Of a DNA stretch of 64,000 bases, positions 27,532 through 39,509 are shown one piece after another. The notes below the pieces were generated by a model. That model saw nothing but the letters and a program-made list of their open reading frames with translations. It made no database searches and had not been told where the DNA came from. The translations under genes and the position numbers were made by a program. Every line of letters begins with the position of its first letter. Positions within the stretch are counted from its first letter, which is position 1. This DNA comes from Lobosporangium transversale (lineage: Eukaryota): assembly GCF_002105155.1 (NCBI RefSeq), contig NW_019029015.1, forward strand, positions 310,001 through 374,000. Reading direction: 5' to 3'.

Positions 27532-27720
27532 ATGCTAGACCCAATACCCCGGAGTGTGTCCGAAATGACAGCACAGGAAGAGGAGCACGAACGCAACAAC
27601 TTCTCACCCTTTAGTAAGTCACCCAATGGTCACCCAAAACAAAAAAGAAAAAAAAAAATGGATCAACCAAACAATAATAATCTTTGACAGCATTCATTCT
27701 TTTTTATGCTGATTTTGTTT

Positions 27721-27751
<31 letters not shown>

Positions 27752-28531
27752 CTCTTTATTTCTTTATTTCTAACCTTGCATTCAACTAACCTTCTTCACA
27801 AACATGACATTCACTCTCTTTGTCACCATTCATCAACAACTTTTACTCTACCACATTCACAGCAGAATACATTGATCATTCAAAACATGATCCAGAAAAG
27901 GTGGTCGAAGTCAGTCCCAATGGTCGATATGCCAAGGTATTCATAAAAAAAAAATCATTGTTTGCAAGTTTCTCTGGCCTTAAGACATGACTGAACATAA
28001 TGATGCTGACCAGGGAGGGATCATGGAACACAAGAAATCAAGGATACGGGAACGCAAAAACTATAAAAAAAAAGGAAGGAAGAAACGAAAAAAGATTAAT
28101 GTGGTTGTGTGTGAATTCTTCCAGGAAACTCGCCCAACTTTCAGGATGGTACATAAAAAAAATGTGTCCCTCTGCGGCCACGTTGTTTTTTGCTTTCATC
28201 AGCAGACAGTTGCTTTTTTTTTTATTTTTTTAACTCAACCAACTTGCATTCCCAGTTGATATTCAGGAACTACATTGGTAGGGCAAAAACAACAAGCATG
28301 GATATTCCATATTCTGCCCCGTTTTGGACATGCTCGGGACTAATTTGTCGAGTTCAGGGAAAACTGGGAAACTGAAAATCTAAAGAAACAAGAGAAAAGG
28401 AACTTTCATGCTCTTTTGTTGACCAAAAATGCACATTTATATATCACAATTCTTGTTCACTTTTTCCTTTAGCACAGAACAACACACAAAAAGAAAATGC
28501 CTCATACAAAGACAAGTCTAACCATAATTCT

Positions 28532-28563
<32 letters not shown>

Positions 28564-30717
28564 TTCATGCTATATTACCATCGGGATTTTCCACCATCTT
28601 TCTCTCCTTTTTTTTTTTTTTTTTTTTTTTGTTGTTGTTATCCATTAACCCGATTCAGCTAAATTCAGTTCTCGGGAAGGGTGCATACAAGATTGTGTAC
28701 AAGAGCATTGACCGCGAGGAAGGCTATGAGGTTGCCTGGAACTGCTTCCAGACCACGAAACAAGAATACGCTGAACTCTCGCAGGAAGTTGAGATTCTGA
28801 AACGTGTACGCCACCCCAATATCATTAATTTTCACGATTGTTGGTACAGCAACAATACAGAGTTCATTTTTATTACTGAGCTCATGACCTCTGGTACTTT
28901 GCGAGAGTAAGTCGTCATTTATTGAAGCTAAAAAAAAAAATTGACTAGTTAAAGCGCCATTTTTTTTTCTTTTTTTCTTTTAGGCTATTGTTGAGTCTAA
29001 TCTTATTTGAATCCATTGCATACTTAAATATTAGATATATCCGTAAACTACAAACCCCAAATCTTAAAGTAATCAAACGCTGGTGTAGACAAATCCTCAA
29101 GGGGCTTATTTATCTCCACTCTTATGATCCCCCAATCATTCATCGTGACATCAAATGCGACAATATTTTTATCAATGGCGCCCATGGAGAAGTCAAGATC
29201 GGAGACATGGGTACCGCAAAGATGAAGATTGGCAAAAAATACACTGTCATTGGCACCCCTGAATTCATGGCACCAGAAATGTATGAGGAGAAGGGTTATA
29301 GTGAAAAGGTCGATATATATGCCTTTGGCATGTGCTTGCTAGAGATGGTAACCGGTGACTATCCCTACAACGAATGTAAAAACGCTGCACAAATCTACAA
29401 AAAGGTCACACAGGTAAGGAAGAAAAAAAAAAATTGCAACTTGATCATTTTGTTAGACTTTTATAGTCAGTAGAAATCTAAATTTCTTTGTATGCATGCA
29501 TGTTTGTATGTTATTCCCTAATTTCGATAGGGACTCAAACCTGAATGTCTTAGTAGGATCATCGATCCTGAAGTCCTTAATTTAATACAACACTGTCTTG
29601 CTCCCGAAAACGAGAGGTATGGAGAAGTGCTATGCAGGAAAAAAAAAAAAAAAAAAAAAAAAAACGTTTGTCATCAACGTTGGACAATGATTCAATGATT
29701 TCTTTTTATCTGACATTTTTGAAGTACCTCTTTTTATTGTTTTGCACGCAAACATTAGATACTCGGCACAGGAGGCAATTGATGATGCTTTCTTAGGTGT
29801 GGAACCCGAGGTAGTCCTGTTATCCACTAATGAAGCTAAAAACCATTTGACGCTGCAGGTAGTTGTTAAGGGTATGGATAAACTTTCTGTAAAATTTGAG
29901 TTTAATGCCGATACGGATACGGCAGAAGAAGTCGTCAACGAAATGGTAAGAGGACACAAGAACCATTAAAATGTTGTAGTGGAGAGAGAGGGGGGGGGGG
30001 GGGGGGGGGGGGAAAAAATAACTATAACTCATACCTTTTCTTTTCCTACTTAGATCGAAGAGGATGTCCTACCACAAAAGTACCAGAGAATCATTACACA
30101 TGATATCAATCGGATATTGCGCGAGCTGGCAGGGACAGGCGACAAAAAGGATAGTGCCGGTCTCACTCCTTCATCACCGATGCTGTATACAAATGGCCAT
30201 AGCATCATTAATGGTATCTCGCATTTAACCCTCGATAATGGCTCCGGCAGTCCACATTCCTTTATAAGATCTACCAGTAACTTGTACCGTAAAACCTCAA
30301 ATGCAGATTGGGCCACGACAGAAGAGGAGATTCCATTCAAAGGTAAAGAACATCTCTAGCTGAGCCAAACGCTATAAGGACGAACACATGATTCTCTGAT
30401 ACATTGTTTATTTATACTATGTCTCTCTCCCGACTCCTATAGAATATAGTATGGATGCTCCTATCGAGGATTTGGTCAACGACACTGCGATGGCGTACCA
30501 CCGTGGACCGGATAAAGCAAATGAATGGCTTGCTAAACTCAAGAACCAAGATATTATGACAATTGGGGATCTTAAAGACCTACAGGATTCAGACTGGGCA
30601 GGATTTGATCTCACTGTCTTTGCATCTAGAGCACTTCGCAATCGATTGTTTGGCAAGCGACCTAACATTCTAACCCGGAGTTCCTCAAATGGCGTTTCGG
30701 ATGATGGCAATCTTTAA
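27532..30717 (+). CDS. WNK (with-no-lysine) protein kinase with CCT-like and C-terminal SAM-like domains
   Basis: Exons approx 27532-27613, 27864-27936, 28659-28906, 29035-29413, 29531-29616, 29759-29945, 30054-30341, 30443-30717. [17 protein letters not shown] (Lys in subdomain I), [51 protein letters not shown]. Confidence 0.93.
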
Positions 30718-31399
30718 CCTCTATGAAGGATACACATTTTGCTTTCTAGGCCAATATCCTGGCACGACCTCTTTGTTTACCTTCTTGCTTCAGATAAATG
30801 TAGAGCACATGCCGTTCATGAAGAGTGACCCCCTCCAAAAAAAACAGCAACAATTATAATTTACTCTAAACTCAGTTTCAATAGATTTTACACCCCCACT
30901 CTTATTATTTTATTACAATGTACATATAAAAAAAAATACACATTAGTATTATTATTTTTCTAAAACAAGCAAACATTTGCACATTTATACACTTGCTGTA
31001 ACAGTGTTGTTTTCTATCTGTTATGCTAACAGCTAATCGCTTTGCGACCACAAGTTGATTACACCGTTAATGGTCTCCTGTTGTTCCCGTCTCTGATACT
31101 CCATGACTGGCACGTAGGTTATGTCGGCGCTACTTCAAAGCTTCAGCTTCAGATGCAAGCGGGGTTGCGCGTGGGTTGTCAAAAGATAAAGGATAGGTTA
31201 AATCTTTTGACGACAGAGGAAATTCACGAGAAGAGGAGGGCGATGAAGGTGCTTTAAAGATCTGGTGCAGAGCGATGGGGGGTTCGAACTGAGCGCCATG
31301 AAGTAACTGGGGAGAGATAAGAACTAGGCCGTGAATTCCGATAATGATTAAAGCTTTCGGCCCTTTGTAGCGGCGGTAATGGGGAAGGGCTATTGTTAC

Positions 31400-32270
31400 T
31401 ATTTTAATATCATTTTATTAATCATGAGTCCTAATAATAAGTGAACGCTCTGATCATGTGCAATCTGGTCGAGCGTGGAGCGCATAATGTGAATGTGCGT
31501 GGTGAGTTAAGAATACGAGACGCTATGGTTGAACGTTGGAATGGCCTAGGTTGAATAGGCTGATTTCTGATTTGTCGGAAGAAAGGAGTCCTAGGATATC
31601 CTGGTTCGGCTTGGGTAGGAGTATGCACACCTTGTTGAGGCTCAGTGGGAGTTTTATTCAGAAGGAGTAGCCAGGTTGCATTCGAAGGGCTTGCTGTGTT
31701 CACCAACAAGCGTAAGTGTTCAACGCCCCTGCGGACTCAGCATGAGAATTTTCTTAAACATTGTTTTAGCAACTTAGCCCTAATACTCAAGACGGGCATC
31801 AGCAAGCCTTTTCAAATCGTTGGAAGTCAAGATGCCACCATTGAGCGCTAGGAAACGTTCAATCAACTCTAACTCAATATCTTTCTCAGGTCTAAGCAGC
31901 TCTTTTGCATTTACGATATAGAGGGTAAGCCATCCTTCAGCATATTCTCTTGCTGCCAAAAAAAATAGGAGTGAAAGCTCTTGCTAACACCAAGATTGTT
32001 CCTTTTTTCATCTCGTTCCAAAGCTCAAGCATTTGGTCCGTGACGAGAGTTTCAGAGTGTTGGCAGAATCTTGTAAAATCCTTTTGGGGATTGGCCCATG
32101 GATGGTATAGGGACCCACTTGCCAGGCTTCAGATCGCGTTTGAGATGATCAAATTCATTGCGTGGAGCAGGTTTGAGACTACTGCTTTCTAGTATATCAA
32201 TCCAAACAGGCGGCAGCTCCACAAGGTTACCATCTGAAATAACTGATTCGTGAGCAGCCAAGAGCAAAAG
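31400..32270 (-). pseudogene. Degenerate Crinkler-associated P-loop NTPase-type gene
   Basis: Broken frames give LPPVWIDILES..., VTDQMLELWNEM, FLAAREYAEGWLTLYIVNA, IERFLALNGGILT and a decayed Walker-B-like LVGEH. These resemble an expanded CRN family of Mucoromycota (recognised from memory). Stops and frameshifts are present. Confidence 0.5.
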
Positions 32271-32912
32271 GTACTGGAAGGCCGTGAGTGAGAATGCAGG
32301 TATTATTGTGATGAAGAAGAGTAAGAAAGTGAAGCGATGAGAAAGGAAGAAAGATGAAAATGTAGAAGATTGGCAATATAACGATGTCACTCACTGCGCT
32401 TATGAAGTTTTCTTTTTCTTTTTTTCTTTTTTTTTTTTTTTTTTTTACTTTTCTCTTTAATGGCTTGCTTTCGTTACTTGATTGAAGGACCCTTTGTTCT
32501 ATGCTAAAAGCAGAATGTAAAAGACACTAAAAAGGTTAAATGGGTGGCAAAGTGAGTTGGTCAGAAAGTGCTGCGCACAGAAAAGAATCACACAAATTTT
32601 AACTTCCTTAATTTTAAAAAGAGTTAAAATCAAGCTATCAGAACTCATCTCGGATCCTAAGAATAAGGAAGAGAACGATAGAGGAATGCTTCGTGGCCAT
32701 TTTTTAATTACTTTCTATTATCTTTAGCTTTGTCCTTGAGTTGCCATGTCTTTTTTCTTTTTTCTTTTTTTCTTTTTTCTTTTTTTTTTTGTCTATTCTT
32801 CGCTTTTTATAGAGGCAAAAACATGCCGTGAGCAGAGTAGGCCTCCATGTCCAAAAACAAGCATCAAATGCTCCTTTTATTAAATTTGTTAAAACACCAA
32901 AGTGGTAATCAC

Positions 32913-33350
32913 AATGGGTCTATCTCGATCATTATCGTTTGACATATAGAGAAGAGGAGAATACAATGTGTTTGAAAAAGTAGTGAAGTTGCATAGTGGC
33001 GCATATGCCCTGGATCTTGGCAAAGTGACCATCATATTAAAATCCAGAACCAGAGCTGGAGAATTCTTTAATGTGCTGACCAGAGCAAGGCGTGTTTACG
33101 AACTGGATACCACATTCGACTGGAATTGGACCAAAGCTGACGTTGAAGCATTTGAGAAAGCACTAAAGAAATCAAGTGTATTGATCCCTCCATTTGAACT
33201 CGAAGAGTTTCAAAGGAAGAACCATTAGGGAATCTTTTTTAACATCCTTGAGATACGACAGTTGGAAGACAGAGTCTATCCTGTGTATGACCTTGGATCG
33301 ATAATTGAACGCTATGGTTCGGATGATCCTGATGACCTAGTAGAGTAAAA
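32913..33350 (+). pseudogene. Fragment of a Mortierellaceae-type large LRR/RNI-like protein
   Basis: GAYALDLGKVTIILKSRTRAGEFFNVLTRARRVYELDTTFDWNWTKADVEAFEKALKKSSV resembles the pre-LRR segment of that family. The ORF is short and truncated. Confidence 0.45.
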
Positions 33351-33371
33351 AATGTGATATCGATGTGCTGA

Positions 33372-33404
<33 letters not shown>

Positions 33405-33613
33405 CAAAAAAAACAGACATAGTTTGTAATTTGTATAGATGATATTCTATCTTATATCGTTTTTAGGCCCCATTCTAATTGATAAAATGTAAGCTGTGCC
33501 TACCATCAATTAGCCTCAAAGTTGGGATGTTGTGCATAACGTAATAAAAAGTGACATATTATACATATGTATTACAGCAAAGAACTTTTTAATGGGGAGG
33601 GAGGGAGGACGGT

Positions 33614-35382
33614 CTAGACTGAATTGAAATAGTTGAAACTACCTCTCGTGCTCATTTCATCCTTCATTAATTTGAAAAGAGTAAGGACATAGCTAAATAT
33701 AAACTTGCAGCTGTCTCTCACGTCTTTCATTTCTCTTCTCAATTCTAAATTTCTAGTCACGTCCAACCTTCGGTATTTTAGCGTGCCATTTTCCAATGTA
33801 GATTCAACAAATACCCATTGGAATGAATCGGTTACGATTCCATAAGCCTTAAGGACTCTAGGGCAATCCCCATCATCCTTCTTAGTTCGTTTTCGTTCGC
33901 TATTGTGCAAGGCTACATCGAGCTGTACCATATTTTGTGCAAAGGCTTGAACATGACTGATCTTCACTACCGTAACGCCAAGAATTTGCGTTTGATTGAT
34001 CCGGTCAATAACAGCAAAGTCCACATTTCCATAGCCGCGCGAGCCGCTTATAAACTCTTGCTGTGTAAGGAGCATATCGGATGCATAGAACTGCATTGCC
34101 CCAATCATGAATGCATCGACAATTGATGACCTTGTAGCCTCATTTGAATACATATCGAATGAATAAGCTTGGTGCTTGAGAATGCAGGCCTTCACAATAT
34201 CTTCCAATGCTGCCTCTTCGAGCTCTGTCAATTCCTTGGGTTTAAGATCAAATTTTGGAAACAGTTCGAAGCGTCCAACATTATACGTCTCCTGACATCT
34301 TTTCCAGGTCCATGCCGAAAAATCAATGGCTGGGGTATCCAAAGATATAATGAGCCTCTTCCACTTTTTTGCTGAAATCTTGCCAAGATAGAACGAAATT
34401 GAATGTCGTCTGCCAACAACGAAAATGTCCTCGTTTCCTCATCGTACACAGATATTTGGACTTCCTCGAACTCATCAAACTCCAAATAAGGATCTTGAAG
34501 GTTTTCTCGCAGACTTTCTATAGTAGCTGTTTTAATCTCGGTGGAATATGTGCAAACAATCTCATCCCGATCTCTATTGTTCACGATGTTCAGTGCTAAA
34601 ATTAACAATATAATCAGCTCTCTTTCACTATGGTTCTCTTTGACAACTTTCCATTCCACAGTTTCACTTATTGTCGATTATTACTTACTAATATATGTGT
34701 CCGCATGTAGTTGTTGCTTCAATTCGGCGTGTTCCTTTTGTGTCGTTTCTGAATATGTGTTCAAGTTGACGATTTCCTGGTTGGCCATTTCCTTTTGTAA
34801 ATTTGCGTTCATCGTTTGTAGCCTTGCGATCATAGTTTCTAAATTTGCGTTCGTATGCAGCTGTTGCTTCAAGTCGGCGATTTCCTTTTGTAAATCTGCG
34901 TTCATCTTTTGTAGACTTGCGATTATAGGTTCGTTCTCTTCACGTTTAGCTTAGGAAAAAGGAATAAAAACAGAAAGTGCGCATGACTTGTTTAATCATA
35001 GTTAACTGTGGACAAAAAAAAAAAAGGTATACCAGTAGAGTGGAATAGTACCTGGTCGTTCAATAATGACATGGATGGTTTTTTTTGGTGGTACAGCGCC
35101 AAAAACCTCAGAGACCTCGTTAGTCGGATCTCCAAGCTTCTCTGGGTTTTTCTGCGCCTTCTGCTCGTCTGTAAGATTGCTTAATGTAATTGGTTTCTCG
35201 GAGATAGAAGAAATGGCGACATGCCAGAGAGTGAGCTTGCTTGCATCAATATCATGAAACTCTAGCTTCTTTTTCTTGATGGCATCTTTGAGATGGTCTA
35301 TCGTTTTTGAAGAGGGGATATCCACAGGGAACACGGAGGAATCTCCATCGATAACGCAAAAGAGGGTTACTTCGGTGGTCAT
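33614..35382 (-). pseudogene. Crinkler (CRN) gene: Ubl header, coiled coil and REase-like C-terminus; one frameshift
   Basis: Exons 35382-35052, 34949-34689, 34595-33614. Header TLFCVIDG..VFPVDI..LKDAIK..KLTLWHV..PPKKTIHVIIERP. C-terminal RGYGNVDFAV..GVTVVK..AQNMVQL..YGIVTD. A frame change occurs at the T6 run 34365-34370. Confidence 0.85.
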
Positions 35383-38312
35383 GGTGGTGTTATGAATGTT
35401 GTTTGTTTCAATTGTTTCAATGGAGCGAGTGTTTTAAAGGATGGCGATTGATTGCGCAAAGCTACAATGCGTCTTGCAAATAGGAAGAGAGCATTATCCA
35501 TATTTGATTCTTATTTTAATGAATAACACCGCTGCAAATGGGTCAGACTACATCTGTGATTCGTATTCTTGCAAGGAACTCACCATACGAGAGTGATCCG
35601 GACAGGTAGATGATTGAGATGTCATGTGACAATATCTTCAAGTTCACAAAAAAAATTTGTGATCCTGTGCATGTTGCTGATGATGTAATACGGACGCCTT
35701 CCGATGGAAAGGATAATTATTATTAAAAATATTTGTATATTTGTCCTTGTTTATCATGTAGAGATGAAGGATGTATGTATAAATGGCAACTAAGCCTTCC
35801 ATACTCTTGGCGTCTTCAATTGTTTATTGACCTTTGTTTACTCTCTCTACTCTCCGGCTTCAAGCAAAGATACTTCCACACTAAAGCAATACCCTGGTTA
35901 CAAGTGTTACAAGTGAATTGTGGGAATATGAAGAAGAGTATATTGTGGTTGTACCAACGGTTGTGCAAAATAAAAAAAATAGATAAATGAAATATCTTTT
36001 TCCGCCCGTTTCATCCCTCTCCTTCTCTCTTTCTATCTCCTGTGTGTGTGGGCAACCAGGGGTGATCTTGGAGTACTTGTTTGTCCTCTTTCTTTCCTTC
36101 TCTCTCTCTCTCATTTTTTTTTCTTCCCCTATTCCTCTTACTTATTCTCACTCTCATTCTGTCTTTCAGCATATTCATACCCACACACGCTCTCACTTTC
36201 CTCTCAGCATTCGTAACACACACAACCCAGTCCTTACTTCCAATCGTTGTAATTACTGCTTATTCAGGCACCTTCAGTAATTTATATCCAGTCCTCATAT
36301 CCCGAAACATCTTGGCGTCACTACTCCTAGCAGCACTCTCCATTTTTTCTTCAAGCTGTTATCTTCAGAGCGTTACTGCTGAAAAAAAAAAAAAAAAAAA
36401 AAATATACAGCCATCTATCTTGGTGTTTCAGGTACGAACCTTTTTTTTTTTTTTTTTTTTCCTTCTTCCGCAATACTTCATGACGATTGATTTGATCTAC
36501 CTTTGTGGGAAAGAGTTAGAGTAGTAGAGAAAATTTTATACAGCCTTGCAGGTGGGGGCAATGGCAAAGATTAAAAAAAAAAAAAAAAAAAAAAAAACAA
36601 GGGTGATAGTAACCCAAGTTGTTCAGGTCCCCCCGGTCGCTCAGGCACAGCAGTTATTTTTAACTGGTAGCAATTGGTACACACATTCATTCACCTGATC
36701 TTTTGTCTTGGTTGTTTATTTGCAAATGGCTGTGCAGAGACGGGCGCAGAGAGACATGCTTCCATTTTAAGAAACAATGTTGGTGGCGAATGAGAAATAA
36801 GAGAGTTTTTATTTAAAAAAAAAAAAAGACGCTATTTCTTAATTGGTTTTATTATGATGCGTATTGTGTTATTGCGAAATAGCTATGGTATTTTTTTTTA
36901 CGTTGGACATCGTCATGATCGTCATGATTTATATGTACTATGAACTATTATATCCTTTTCCCACTTTTCTTTTTCTTGACGTAGACACGCGGTCAGTTGG
37001 TTATACACTACTCACGACTGTAAACTCCTCAGGTCAGGTAGATCATGACCTAAGTCTTACACCCCCTTTTCTTTATGTCTACATTATCATTATCATTAAC
37101 GACCTAAAGCCCGTTCATCAGAATGGGAGAGAGAAAGAGAAAGAGGGAGATGGGGGTGCAGGGACAACGAATGAGTGCATCTGCGTCCTTGTTGAACTAC
37201 ATTCCATGGAATTATTATGATCATTTTCCTCTTGATCTGCAGGACTTTGTTGCTCCATGACAATAACTCCTTTTAATGTTGCCAACACATGATTCCGTCC
37301 TACTGTCCTACTGTCCTACAAACTGTCCCCCCCCTCATTTCTCTCTCTCTCTCTCATACACCTCAGCTCCAGAAAGGGGAAAGGAGAAAAGACGACACAA
37401 AGTATTCAAAGTCAGAGTCGACTCAAGAGATGAAGAAGATTCACAAGAAGTTTGTCCCAAATGAAAGGGCGAAGAAAGGAATAGAAAAGAAATAGGCGAT
37501 GCTGTAGTATAGACGTTTTTCTTTTCTTTTTTTTTTTATTGCTCTATTTTTATCAAAGCCTTACTTCATACCGTCTGCTTTGGTCTCGATCTTAGACCCA
37601 AAATTTCTAAAAATCCTGCTCCGAACAAGGGCGCATTGTCCACAATGCAATGATGAAGGAAAAGACCTATTGAGTGAACGGGAAAAGAGAGAAAAATGAC
37701 AAAATAGAGAAAAAAATAATTGTCAATCCCATTGCAGTTGTTGCTAAAGGAATGATGCGGTCTGCCCTGTTTATCTTCCCTTACACCTGCACTTCACTAC
37801 TTCACTTGCACTTTTTTTATTTTTAGGTAGCCAACAGCTCCAACTGACGCGTGCCTGATAATCACACACATCCTAAAGACCATTCACATTTTTTATTCTT
37901 ATGTTATCGCTTTATACACATCGGACAGAGAATCAACAAACATCATCCGTCAGTCATAATCACTTGCCAAATCTTATTTAATTTATCTTATTTATTTATC
38001 TTACTTTTTATTTATTTACTTTTCTCTTCCCTCGCTTTTTTCTTTTTTTCCTCTTTTCTCTCTCTCCTCTCTCTCCTCTCTCTCCTCTCTCTCCTCTCTC
38101 TCCTCTCTCTCCTCTCTCCTCTTGTCTCTTCTCTTCTCTTTTTTTTTTCTCTCTTTTTTTTTTTTTTTTATATCTTCAATTGGATCCTCATCTTTCTTTT
38201 CCTCTCTCCATCTCCATTGATAGATCTCCTTTTCAATTCCACGCCTCCCTCTTGCCTTCTCTTCCTCTGAAAATCCTCGACAGTGCCACATAACCACAAT
38301 TTGGTGATCAAG

Positions 38313-39509
38313 ATGCGCCAACTTGACTCAATCCTTGCAGCTGACCCTGATGTTGATGCTCAACATAATCCATATCCAACACATCGATCCCGCAACCCCG
38401 GTTCTCCTAAACCAACCCCAAAACCAACCTCAAAACCGAAACCGAAACCAAAACCAAAACCAACCTCAAAACCTAGACCAAAGCCTAAACCCACACCAAC
38501 TCGCCGGCATCGTCGCCCAAGGCCCTCACCCACAAAAACTAGAAGTCGTAATCCTTCCCGACCTACAAGGTCACCACGCCCCACTAGGTCGCCGCGTCCC
38601 ACCCGATCTTCGATTCGTGAACCATCCACATCCAGTGTATACCCAACTAATACCTCATTACCACCATGTACATCATTTCCACAGCCAACGGCAACGCAAT
38701 CCAGTATCTACCTTCCGCCACCACCAGGGCCTGTGCCCACCTCCGTTTCGAGCTCGCCTTCCATTACTTTTCCATTTCCATCACCTTCTGTACCCGTAAT
38801 AACTAGTCCATCCAGTCCATCCAGTCCATCCAGTCCATCCAGTCCATCCAGTCCATCCAGTCCGTCCGATTCATCTAGCCCATCTATAATACCAACCGTG
38901 ACATCTACTACAATCACCATTTCTACCTCCACCACCTCGTCAATCATCACCCCACCACCTTCAGGATCACCAGATCCAAATCCTTCTAAAATGTCGGGCG
39001 CATCTTCATCGTCCTTGGCTGCAATCTTGGGAGGAGTCGTAGGAGCGATTGTATTATTTAGTCTTATCGCCCTTGCGTTTTATCGGCATCATGAACGGAA
39101 GCGTGCTCGAATGGAGTACATGAACGTCGGGACCAGCGATGGCTCGTTCCATCCAGAGATGGAGGAAGGGCCCCGCACAGCGTTTAGACATGAATCGTTC
39201 ATGGCACTCGTCCAGGATGCAGCCAAAGGATTCTATGCACCTACGATGGATATGGATCCTGCAGGTCCTTCAGGCACTTCTGGTGCTGCTGGAGCAGGAG
39301 CAGGAGCAGGAGTAGGTCCCTATAATGCTTACTACCCATCGGGTGGATTGGGTCATCAGGGCGAACAGCCCAGTTATGGTCAGGCAGTGCCCTATAAGGG
39401 CAATCGCCGCTCAGAGAGTGGACAGAGTTTACAATATTTAGAGATTGGTTCCGGATCACCATCATCTCCGCCTAATGCACATGTTCAGCCTCCCTATCGA
39501 TATGATTAG
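38313..39509 (+). CDS. Pro/Ser/Thr-rich single-pass membrane protein
   Basis: Long intronless ORF with KP and SPS repeats, then TM helix AAILGGVVGAIVLFSLIALAFY followed by RHHERKR. No signal peptide at the first ATG, so an upstream exon is possible. Confidence 0.75.
   Translation: MRQLDSILAADPDVDAQHNPYPTHRSRNPGSPKPTPKPTSKPKPKPKPKPTSKPRPKPKPTPTRRHRRPRPSPTKTRSRNPSRPTRSPRPTRSPRPTRSSIREPSTSSVYPTNTSLPPCTSFPQPTATQSSIYLPPPPGPVPTSVSSSPSITFPFPSPSVPVITSPSSPSSPSSPSSPSSPSSPSDSSSPSIIPTVTSTTITISTSTTSSIITPPPSGSPDPNPSKMSGASSSSLAAILGGVVGAIVLFSLIALAFYRHHERKRARMEYMNVGTSDGSFHPEMEEGPRTAFRHESFMALVQDAAKGFYAPTMDMDPAGPSGTSGAAGAGAGAGVGPYNAYYPSGGLGHQGEQPSYGQAVPYKGNRRSESGQSLQYLEIGSGSPSSPPNAHVQPPYRYD
38805..38866 (+). 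repeat. 9-bp coding minisatellite (AGTCCATCC)n encoding SPS repeats
   Basis: About 6-7 direct copies visible. Confidence 0.9.
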
